Under the pieces are notes generated by a model that saw only the letters and a program-made list of their open reading frames with translations, made no database searches and was not told the DNA's origin. The position numbers were made by a program, and so were the translations under genes. Positions 10,969 to 21,702 of a stretch of 38,038 nt of DNA are shown one piece after another. This DNA comes from Microbotryum violaceum. Lineage: Eukaryota. Position 1 is the first letter of the stretch. The number at the start of each line of letters is the position of its first letter. The stretch is from the NCBI GenBank assembly GCA_001244265.2, contig CDLV01000007.1, positions 2,542,001-2,580,038 on the forward strand. Reading direction: 5' to 3'.

Positions 10969-12518
10969 GGCGGACTATCCACAGTCTGGCGCTTGGTCGC
11001 TCGTCGAGCGTCTCGTGTCGGCCAAGGAACACGACGAGCAGTCTCCGACTGAACAACGTTTGTGCCAATATCTATTGATGAGTAAAAATAGTGAATATAT
11101 AATGAGTGTCTTCGGTTTGGGCTTGGAGGCGAATTCCCTCACGACACGGCCCCGCGAAGAAACCGGCGACCTCACGAGACTCCAGGCCCGTCACGCCGGA
11201 GAACGATAGGCGGATTGCAATACCAAGTTAGAGAGTATTTCCTGACATTGGCAGGCGTTGGAGTGGCCAATTCAGTCTCTCAACACCTGACCTGTAGGCT
11301 ATGCTGTGGCCCTGTCACTGGCTGAGCATCGTCGTCACCAAGGCGCCTCGGAGGTGGCGAGCGTTCGAGAGGCGGAGATGAACTAAGCCTAAGCTACTGG
11401 GGCCGCTAATACGTTGAATCGGGTTCCATGTTGCTCCATCTAGGCTTTATCATTCTTTCAAGATTTCATGTGTTGTGCCTACCCAGTTTCTGTCATACCT
11501 TCTCTAGCGAGGATCGGCCTGAGTCTGGCTGAGCCGGCGGCCCAGCTGGTGTTCATCAATGACAACTTCAGCGGTTCCGGGTCCCCTCCTCCGCACGTGG
11601 TTACTGTAGTTCATGGTACACATACTGCCATGGGGCACCCTGAATAGACTAAATGCGCTTAGATTCACCCAACAATGGTGCTGTCTTCGATACCGTGCCC
11701 AACCATACGGAGGCTCGGCATCACATGCAATGGAAACGGCATGTGGGCCCCCACATGGGCTCTGAGGTGGGTCGCGTGACGCCCGCAGACCGCCTGCAGG
11801 CGCGCGTCTTACCTTTCTCTCCCTCCTTCTCTCCACGTCGCCCGCCCTGTGGTTTGACTTTGAACGCTTTTCAAGTTTTAAGAACTTCTTTCTGTGAGTC
11901 TGGCCGTAGTACATGGTCCCACGGTTGGCCTGCCTTGATCGCTGATTGCGTCGACGGTGGATAGAACTCCTCTCTCGTCGTCGGCGTCGTCTGTCGTCGT
12001 CGGTTCCCCGCAACTTTGAAATCCGCAGCCTCCCCCAACCGCAAGAAGGTTAGTTCGACGCTAGCGTGGGTCCCGCCTCGAGGCCTTCATCTCGCCACGG
12101 TTGACTGATAAGATTTTCACGCCATACTACAGTTTTGATTCGTCATGTCTGGCATGTAAGTTCGGATGTAAAAATCTTGAAGGAGGGTCGTTTTCGTCAT
12201 CGATCGGTCAGCCCGTCGTGATCGTCGACAGGCACCGCCTGCGCGCGCCGCCGACGAGTGCTCGTGACCCACCTCTCTGCCCCGATCTCTGTCTCGGCCT
12301 TGGCTTATGTGGGCTAGGGGGAGACAACTCGGGCCTTTTTTCTGGGAAAGGCAACGTTCATCGGAACTATGAAGCTGATGTTCCACTCACTTTTGCATGA
12401 TTGTCGTCTCCGCCTCTCCGGCTTCTAACGGACACTTCCTTTTCTTCGTCGTCGTCGTCGTCGCACGCGTGACCCCTGGGCGTCGCTCAACTCTTGCCCG
12501 AACGCCACACGCTCGCCA

Positions 12519-13198
12519 ATGCGTATCGTCTCACGTGGACCCAACCTCGCCCTCGGTTTTCTCGTCACACCTATCATCTATAATTTCTCTCAAAAGGCCC
12601 GATTTGACCGCCATCTCATCGACGGACTCGTCCTCGTCGATCGAGATCGGTGATGGGTACCAGTTCTGCCTCCACGGCAAGGAGCGCTGCGCCGAGTGCC
12701 AGGTCGACTTCAGGGAGGACAACTCGTTCACGGGTCAGTCACACGTTTAGGTCAGGTGATGGATGTGCCAGGATATCATATCTGACGGCAACACTGTGTC
12801 GACTGTCGATACAGCGGGTCTGGACCCTATCGATCGAGAGGTACGTGTGGCGCTGCTGCGGGCGGAGGAATTGGATGAGTGCAGGGTGCTGAAGGTGCGC
12901 GAGTTGCTCGGCGTCTAGGCCATCGAAATCGACTATCACCTCAACAAGGAAGGCATCCCTGCGTGCAAGAAACACAAGGTGGTCGAGTGCAAGAACTGCT
13001 ATGGCTTCAAGTGAGTTCTATCTTCGACGCCCTTGGCTTGGTAGTCTGCACGCTCTTGATCAGAGAGCTTGTAGAGCGCTTGGCTGACGTATCAAATTAA
13101 CCGCGTTTGGTCTTTTCAGGAAGCAAATCAACAAGCTCAACAAGGACGCGGCCAAGATTGCGTCCAAGAAGAAGGTCAACGAGTCCAACTTTTTCTAG
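12519..13198 (+). CDS. Small conserved fungal Cys/His-rich protein (putative Zn-binding), multi-exon; start uncertain
   Basis: Spliced product ..DLTAISSTDSSSSIEIGDGYQFCLHGKERCAECQVDFREDNSFT-AGLDPIDRE-AIEIDYHLNKEGIPACKKHKVVECKNCYGFK-KQINKLNKDAAKIASKKKVNESNFF*; two C-x1/2-H-x4-C-x2-C modules. Confidence 0.75.
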
Positions 13199-13520
13199 AG
13201 GCTTTCGAGCCCAAGATTCTGCACTTTCGGTCGTTTTACCTCCCATCATGGTGAGGTGAACATGGTGCCAGTCGCATTCTTCAGGCATCCGTTATACTAC
13301 TCCTCGCCTTCACTCTTTCTCGTATCTCTACGTCTTTCATCGTCGCCGCCGTTGTCCCTTCTCGTTGCTCAGTCGACTCCCGCTTCATTGTTTTCCGCTG
13401 CTCGCCTTCACCCGACCGTTTACTTTCTTTCCAAGGGAAAGGAAGAGCTTTGGGTATTTCTTTGTTGTCGGTCCGTAGTTCTGGATGACACGCCTCGTCT
13501 GCCTCTTCTTCCTGATATCG

Positions 13521-13557
13521 TGCCTCGTCGTGCCTCGTCGTGCCTCGTCGTTCCTCG
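13521..13557. repeat. 10-bp tandem repeat (TGCCTCGTCG) x3 plus a degenerate copy
   Basis: Seen directly, downstream of the small Cys-rich gene. Confidence 0.75.
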
Positions 13558-13970
13558 GCTGGGGTTTTTTTTTGGCTCCGCCATGTCCATTTTTTCACCC
13601 TAACGAAAAGCTACCAGAAGAAATAGTGTGGGTATGTGTGTGTCTAGTTTGTATCGACTGTTTTTCTCCGCCTGTTTTTGAAATAAGAAACTCGAGTTTG
13701 TTGTCCGATCAGAAACATGCCCGTCGACTTCGGATGGATGACCGCGTGGTCTCAAGCTGGAGTCCTTCACTCTCTCGCGCCGACCACGCTTTCGAAGCGC
13801 TTCAAGCCCTGACTTGCGCGCTCTTTCTCACACTGGCTTTCGTCAGACCTATTCAGCTGCTCTTTACTACTATTCGAGCTCACTTACCCGAAAGTGTCGT
13901 CACCAAGTGTACACGACTGCCAATCACTCTCCATCTCGCTCGACCCTCCTCATCGTTGGTCTCAGTGAAA

Positions 13971-16825
13971 ATGGCGAACCTACTAGGCACCGCAGGGAAG
14001 GACAACATGGTTTCGCTGGAGCGAGGAAGGTTGACCGAGTTGAGAAAGTTGATGAAGGAACACAACGTCGACGGGTATATCGTTGACTCGGGGGATGCGC
14101 ACGGCTCCGAGTGAGTTGGACCGCTCAGCCGCCTGCGAGCGAGTGAGGGAGCGCGGTTTGGTTGTAAGAGGTTGTAGTCAAATATTTACACGGAATGGGC
14201 TTGGGCGTTTCGCGCAGGTATATCGCTGCGTGTGACGAGAGGAGGGTCAGTTCTCGCGCTACGCACACGTGGACCAAGGGGGAGCAACGGGTACTAATCG
14301 CCGAACGAATGTCGTGCTTCCCTTTGAGTAGGCCTGGATCTCGGGCTTTACGGGTAGTGCAGGTACGTGAAAGTGCTTGTTGGGGCCATCTTGCTGCTGG
14401 GTAGCCCCTGAATTCCTCGGATGAGGAGGCTGATGTGGGGCTCCAATTGGGTCTCGGTCGCCGTACCGTACAGGAACGGCAGTCGTCTTTACCAACGAGG
14501 CGAGGTTGACGACCGATGGACGATACCAGTAAGTTTTTGAAGCTTTCAGGGTTCGTATTACGACTTGCCAGATTTGGGAGGCTCATTTGATTGATTGTCC
14601 TTCTCACAGTCAACAAGCCGGAAACGAGCTCTCGTCCGAGTGGACGCTGTACAAGCATGGAATTCCTGGTCAGTTCGACTCTTGCCGCTACTGCTCGGAA
14701 TCAAGACCAAAGTACTAATACAGAAACTTTTTATCAAACCACAGAGGTCAAGTCGTGGCAAGAACAACTCGCGGCATTGCCCCCTCGACTCGGATCGGCC
14801 TGGACCCGACCCTCATCTCCGTCGGCGACTACCACACCATTCTCCCGACTCTTTCGAGCGAGTCCAAGTTGGTCCCCATTGAGAACAATCTCGTCGATGC
14901 GATCTGGGCCGACCGACCTGCGCGTCCCAAGAACCCCGTTGTGCTTCAGGAGATCAAGTACGCCGGCCAAGCATCGACCGACAAAATGGAAGCGATTCGT
15001 AAGGAAGTGACGAAGAAGGACGACGCTTCGACGTCGGTACCTAAAGCCAAGACGACGTACCTCGTCAGTTCAATGTTGGATGAGATATGCTGGACGCTCA
15101 ATCTTAGAGGATCCGACATCGCGTTCAATCCCGTCTTTTTCGCCCATCTCGTCATCCCATCGACGCGCGCAAGAAACCGACCTTGTTCGTCGATCTGGAG
15201 CAGTTGCCGCAAAGCGTGTACGAGTATCTCGATCAAGAGGTCAAAGTTGATATTGAGCCTTATGAGGATGTATACAAGTTCTTGAAGACCGTTGGGCAAG
15301 GCCTGGGCGAGCATGAGAAGGTCATGATGCCCAAGAGCACGAACTTGGCTTTGGCGCTCGCGGTCGGACTGGACAAGTGCGATGCTGGTTCGAGGGGTCC
15401 GATTGGTGCGTGTTTGGCGTTCGGAATTTTGCAGTGCTGCCCGATATCTGAATCTCGTCCTCGGCTCGTACACACAGTCGACTTGAAGGCGGTCAAGAAC
15501 GATGTTGAGATCGAGGGGTTCCGACAATCCCATCTCCGCGATGGTGTTGCCCTGGTGCGGTACTTTGCTTGGCTCGAACAACAGCTCGACGCCGATGTGA
15601 ACGTCTCTGAATACGAAGGGGCTCAACAACTTGAAAAGTTTCGAAAGGAGCTTGATCTCTTCAAGGGGCTTTCATTCACGACCATTTCCTCGACCGGTGC
15701 CAACGCCAGTATCATCCACTATCACTACTCCGAAGACCCCGCGCAAGCCACTCGCATTCGAAAAGACCAGATCTACCTTTGCGACTCTGGAGCGCAATTC
15801 AACGACGGCACGACCGATACGACGCGCACGTTGCATTTCGGCGAACGAGTATGAGCGAACGTAGGGCGTATACGAGGGTCCTGCAAGGGCATATCGCGAT
15901 CGATACGGCGGTGTTTCCGGAGACGACGACCGGATACCTTTTGGATGCGTTTGCGAGGAGACCGCTTTGGTTAGATGGGTTGGGTGAGTCGCGAGTTTTT
16001 TTTTTGACGCGAGAACAGGTTGAAGGTCGATGCGGGAAGAGGTTGAGGGTTGATTCGTTTTCTTCTTGTTGTTGATACCACCTTTGCGTGCGATCTTCAC
16101 GCTCACAGATTACCGACACGGAACGGGACACGGCGTCGGAAGCCATATCAACGTTCATGAAGGTGAGCTTTTGTTCTTGCTCTTACAACCATTTGTATCT
16201 TGCGCTGGAGACAGTGCCTCTGATGTATGCAAGCGAAAGTACACAGGTCCGCAAGGAATCGGAACGAGGATTGCATACAACGAGGTCAAGGTCGGTCGGC
16301 CCCGCGGGGTTTGTTGAGGGGTGCATTGGTTGCTGAGCCCCTGACGTCATTCTGATCATCAGCTTCGAGCGGGTCATGTTTGCTCGAACGAGCCTGGTGA
16401 GTGACGTGCTTATGTTTCGACTGTCTACGGTCTCCATTCTGAACTCCTCCCTATCTTCCCGTTAATAGGCTACTACGAAGACGGCAAGTTCGGCATTCGG
16501 ATCGAGAACATCGTCGTCGTGCGCGAGGCTTCCACGCTGAATCAGTTTGGAGGAGTCAAGTTCCTCGAGATGGAGAGTGTGACGCAGGTGAGTGACGACG
16601 ACGTTTCCCATCCGTATGGTGTATTCATCGCCTGCAGCACACTGTGTTTGCGTACAGGTACCGATCGCGACGAACCTTGTTCTCGTCGAACTGCTTTCAC
16701 CAGACGAGCGCGATTGGTTGAATACTTACAATGCTTCAGTGAGGGAAAAACTGACGCCGTTGATCAAGAAAACAGGGGACGAGTCGGCGTTGAAGTGGTT
16801 GGAGAAAGAGACCCGAGCGTTGTAG
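13971..16825 (+). CDS. Xaa-Pro aminopeptidase (aminopeptidase P, M24B; Fra1/XPNPEP1-like), many exons, three apparent 1-nt deletions
   Basis: DAHGSEYI, AWISGFTGSAG, TDGRY, NLVDAIW..RP, DEICWTLNLRGSDIAFNPVF, KAVKNDVEIEG, YLCDSGAQFNDGTTDTTRT, DYRHGTGHGVG, NVHEGP, SNEPGYYEDGKFGIRIEN. Confidence 0.95.
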
Positions 16826-16836
16826 GCCGTGGGAAC

Positions 16837-17102
16837 TGTTGCAACAAGGACTAAGAGGTACTCCACGACTCAGCTCCGAGATACACGAGTGAGATGATGA
16901 GAATAGCGTGGTTTTGCAGTAACTAACCTAAGAGGTACTCCACGACTCAGCTCCGAGATACACGAGTGAGATGATGAGAATAGCGTGGAGAAGGAACCCA
17001 GAAGGAAAAAAGACGCAAAGACAAAGATAGGCGCGCGCGCAGAATAAAGTATTAACCAAGACTAATAGCAATGAGTTAGGCTCTCAGACCCCACTTCTAA
17101 CA
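16837..17102 (-). repeat. 3' LTR (266 bp) containing a 61-bp internal direct duplication
   Basis: Matches 21515-21702 except for one extra A and a second 61-bp copy plus 16-bp spacer (copies at 16851-16911 and 16928-16988). Preceded in element orientation by purine-rich GGTGGGAG (PPT-like). Confidence 0.95.
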
Positions 17103-20100
17103 CTCCCACCGGTCAAAGAGACTAACGAGACCATTCCAAGTAGCGCACGAAGTTGATCAAAGCGTTGAAATCCCAAAGGCTTCGTCATAATATCCGCGGC
17201 ATTGACGTGGGTAGGGCAGTATTCAAGTTCGACCTCGCCAGAAGCAACCCGTTCTCGAACGAACAAATGAGCAATGTCGAGGTGCTTGGTTCGCATGTGA
17301 TCGACCGAATCCTTGGCGATCTGGATGCATGCGGCGTTGTCCTCTTAATGATAGTAGGCTGTGCTTGTGGAATGCCGACATCACCAGCCAAACGACGGAG
17401 CCAGATTGCTTCACGAGTGGCTGAGGATGCAGAAAGGATTTCGGCTTCGGTAGTGGATGTAGCGATCATAGATTGTTGCTTCGACTGCCAGGAGATAACG
17501 CCGCCAGCGAGCATTGATGCATAGGCTCCCACCAATCTGCGAGATTCCGGGTCATCCGCAAACGAGGCATCGGAGTAGACCATCAATCGAGTTGTGGAAC
17601 TGTTTCGATAAAGAATTCCCAAATCAATGATGCTGTTGAGGTAGCGAAATATACGCTTGACGGCAGCCCAATCGTCGACAGTTGGACAGAAGTTCTTTTG
17701 AGCAACGGCACGAACAGCAATCGCGATATCGGGTCGACATCGAGTGGACGCGTACTGCAGGGAACCCACAGCCGATTGGTACAATGACACATCGGCAAAC
17801 GGAGTAGCATCGATTCGAAGCGAGGGGCGATCGTCCATGGGCGTGACTGCACGGCGCTTGGATGGAGAAGCAAAATCGAACTTCTCGAGCATAGTGCGGA
17901 CATACTTGCTTTGGTGAACGAGGATGTAATCTTTGGTGCAATGAATTTCGAAGCCCAGGAAGTAGGAGACGGGTCCGAGACGCTTGAGCTGGAAGGCCTT
18001 GTGAAGCGATCCGAGCTCGGAGTCCAAGAAGGACTGATTGTTGGACGCGATGAGACCGTCGTCAACATAGAGAGTGATGATAGCAAACGAAGTGCCCGAA
18101 TGTTTGATGTAGAGGCAAGCATCGGCAGTTGCCCTCATGTAGCCTCGAGACACCATGAGATCGTTGACGGCTCGATACCATTCACGGGGCGCCTGTTTGG
18201 TGCCATACATGGAACCCACGAGCTTGAGGCACTTGCCAGGGGATTGAGGACGATTCCATCCTTTTGGGTATCAAACATAGACATCCTCGGTCATCTTGCC
18301 GTTGAGAAAGGCGCAGTCGAAATCGAACTGTTCGAGATACAGGCCCTGAGCAGCAGCCAGAGCAATCAAGAACAAAATCGTCGAAGAACGAGCAACAGGA
18401 GCGTAGGTGTCATGGTAGTCGATGCCTGGGCGTTGAGCAAATCCTTGAGCAACGAGACGAGCTTTGAAACGAATGATTTTGCCGTTTGCATCGCGCTTGA
18501 TACTGTAGACCCAGATTGTGCCGAGTACCCGAATTCCTTCGTGCCACTTGACTTCCTGAAAGACTCCATGATGATCGAATTGTAGAAGTTCTGAGACCAT
18601 TGCTGCACTCCAATGGTTGCAAAAGGGTGACTTCATGGCTTCCTCAAATGTCTTGGGTATCTCGATGTCTTTTTCGGCGAACACGGCAGCACAGTAGGCA
18701 TCGTAGGAAAGCTTGTCGTGGAACATGGGTGGAGTATCCAAGACATCGACCATGATAGCCGAAATGATGGGAAGTATATTTTCCGGAGGTTGAGGTTGAC
18801 GACGAGAACCAGCAGGAAGGATGTTGGAAGGATCAACATTCTCGAATTGGCCAGGATTTGGACCAGTGCGAACGATGGCGTAACCTTCACAAGGAGCGAG
18901 AGCGACTTCCGCCTCACCGTCAAGTGGTTTTTCTGCGTCATGATAGTTATCAGGTCCATCGTCGAGTCCATCGTTGTCGTCATTGTTGTCATCCTTACGA
19001 GGAACGACTGCAAGATACCCCCCCTGTTGACCAACTCCAATTGGAACACCGGAGGAGGCTGTGGATCCGGCAAAGTTGGATCCACAACAGGTGAAGTTGG
19101 TGTAGACGGCAACACATCTGGCGGAGGATGAGGAGGATGAGGAGGTTGAGAATGATGAACGGGATCAGAAGCGTCCGCACGATCTTGAGACGAAGTGACG
19201 ATGGAAGGAGTCTCAAGGAATGTGACGTGACGCGAAACGTAGACCTGTTTCGACGATTGGACCCAGACACGGTAGTTGTATTCACCGGAGTACCCGATGA
19301 AAACTCCCTGAATGGAGCGAGGTGCAAGCTTGGAGCGACGCTCCTTGGGAACTTGGACAAACGCCGTAGATCCGAATGGCTGAAGATGAGCAAGACTAGG
19401 CTTCTTGCCGAGAAGAACTTCGATTGCCGTTTTTCCTCGAATACGAGGATGTGGTCGACGGTTGAGAACAAATGTCGCGACGGCCAGAGCATCTGACCAG
19501 AATCGCATGGGAAGACCGGAGTCGAGGAGCATTGATCGAACGAGACCCATGAGAGATCCATTGAGTCGCTCTACTTGACCATTTTGCTCCGGAGTATAGG
19601 AGGCCGTGAATTCCACGATGATGCCCTGCTTTTCAAGAAGAGCCCGGAACAATGAGTTGTCGAATTCACGACCATTGTCCGATCTGACCCTCTTGATTTT
19701 CTGACCCGTTTGACGCTCGGACTCGGCTTGAAATTTCGACCATGCTTCGATAATCGTCTCAGCCCTCTTGTCCTTTAGCACGATTGTCCATTTAGCCGTC
19801 GAATACTGATCCACGATAGCGAGATAGATAGTATCGCCATGGTGATTGGGATGTTCGACAAACCCGAGATTGATGAAGACGCGGTAGAATGCATGAGGCG
19901 CTTCGGTACTCTTGTTGGAGAAGGGTGATCGCTTTGACTTGGCCTGGATGCACGAGAAGCAAGGAGTAACCTTTTCGTCCTTCAGAGTGATGCCAGTGAT
20001 AGCCCCGGATTTGACGGCCAAAACGATCGCCGCAGGAGATTGATGGCCCAACTTCCGATGTGCTTCCATCAACGTACAGGTTCCAGTGAGACAATTGGCT

Positions 20101-21510
20101 CCGACCATTGAAGGCGGTGAGGATGACATGATAGGCTGAACGGGAGCTGCATCCATGACAAACCCCCGACCAGGAAGCGAGCGCAGAATCGACTTGCCGT
20201 GGATGCTGAAAATGAGATTGCTTTGGGGACCAACAGCGTACGTCATCGATTCCAACAGACGGTCGATGGAGATAGAACCGCATTGAGCACCGGGCATGTA
20301 GTAGACCCTCTTAATGGTGATACGAGCGCCATATGAGGTAAGAAACGTCACTGAGCCATGACCGGGAGATTCGATTTGAGATTGATTGGCGACAGAAATT
20401 TTGAGAGGCTCAGAGACAACGTCCGATAGGACCGACTTGTCTCCAACGCAATGGACCTTAGCACCCGAGTCAATGATCCATGGAAAACGTGGCATCGTTC
20501 GCGAATAGGGGAAAGTGTAGGTCATCAATGCAGATTCATTTACACCAATGGCAGCTACGTTCGAATTTGAGTCCGAGGAAGCGGGAGCGCTCGCATCCTT
20601 GTTCCTGCTTGGATAGAGACGCCAACCACGCTCGTGTCCCAGTGCTTTGCAGCGCGAACAATACGACTTGGAGTAGTCCTTTTGCGCCGTGGTGGAAATA
20701 CGGGCGACGAGGCTAGTATTGTCAACGATCCGAGCGGATAACGATTCCTTTTGTTTGTTTCGGGAATCAGCCATTTCGACATTCATCAGGAGTTTCGGAT
20801 AGAACGTGTTCCAATCCATGTGGATGTCAATGTTGGAGGCAAGGTTCCCAACGATCGAGTCATACTGGGCTGGGAGCGACCGAACGAGCATGCCTGCAAA
20901 CAGCCAATGCGGAAGCGGAGCTCCGAGGTTCTGAAAATCGGTCATGGCGATCTTGACCTCGTTGACAAATTCCTTAAAAGGAATATCCCCAGAGTAAGGT
21001 TGCGCTAGAGTGTTGAGGAGGTCCATAGTGCGACTCGGGCGACCGTGAGAGTGGAGACCACGGAGGGTGTCCCACATCTCGTACGCCGAGGTAAGATGAA
21101 TCAAGTGAGACATCTGTTCCTCAGAGATCGAATTGGCGATGTACTTGCATGCCAAATCGTTGCGGCGGATGGCCCGTTCGCGATATTCCGCGACCTTGTC
21201 CGCAACTTGAACGCTGGTGAGCCTGGGCGAGGCGTCCGAGTGCGCAGAACCAGAGCCCCTCCCCAAGCCCGCTAAAGCCGGAGGAGGCTGGTTCAACTGG
21301 CGCGACGGACGCAGTTGCATGTGTGATAACGAGCGTGGACCGATAGTCCGCGACAAGGGAGTCGATGGGTTGATTGACGACATCCCATACTTTGTCGGCT
21401 CGAAGATTGATAAACGCACGTTGTGACCAGCTCTTGTACCCTTGTGTGTCCTTGAGATACAAGCGATTGCCCGACCCGTTGGGGAAGTCGGATTCGCCCG
21501 TTGAGCTCAT
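17084..21510 (-). pseudogene. Copia gag-pol polyprotein disrupted by a nonsense codon and three frameshifts
   Basis: PR WIIDSGA; IN HRKLGH..CFSC, RSDNG.EF, PEQNGQVERLN; RT KARLVAQGF, YGTKQAPREW, LYVDD; RH YSDASFA, STTEAE, RTKHLDI, ADIMTKPL. In-frame TGA at 18271-18273; shifts near 21260, 19020 and 17345. The ORF ends inside the 3' LTR. Confidence 0.93.
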
Positions 21511-21514
21511 AACC
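21503..21514 (-). promoter_or_regulatory. Primer-binding site GGTTATGAGCTC directly after the 5' LTR, containing the gag ATG
   Basis: Resembles the GGTTATG-type PBS of Drosophila copia/Ty5-like elements primed by an internal part of initiator tRNA-Met; ATG at 21510 opens MSSTGESDFPN. Confidence 0.7.
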
Positions 21515-21702
21515 TGTTGCAACAAGGACTAGAGGTACTCCACGACTCAGCTCCGAGATACACGAGTGAGATGATGAGAATAGCGTGGAGAAGGAACCCA
21601 GAAGGAAAAAAGACGCAAAGACAAAGATAGGCGCGCGCGCAGAATAAAGTATTAACCAAGACTAATAGCAATGAGTTAGGCTCTCAGACCCCACTTCTAA
21701 CA
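21515..21702 (-). repeat. 5' LTR (188 bp)
   Basis: TGTTGCAAC...CTTCTAACA on the + strand, followed by TSD GGAAC. Confidence 0.95.

Larger units (their letters stand above)
16837..21702 (-). mobile_element. Full-length Ty1/copia LTR retrotransposon (4866 bp) with 5-bp TSD GGAAC
   Basis: TG...CA LTRs at both ends; GGAAC at 16832-16836 and 21703-21707; domain order gag-PR-IN-RT-RH. Confidence 0.97.

Noticed and set aside
21240-21270. Programmed gag-pol frameshift
   Set aside because: The shift falls early inside gag, in a G run, and the window shows repeated homopolymer indels.
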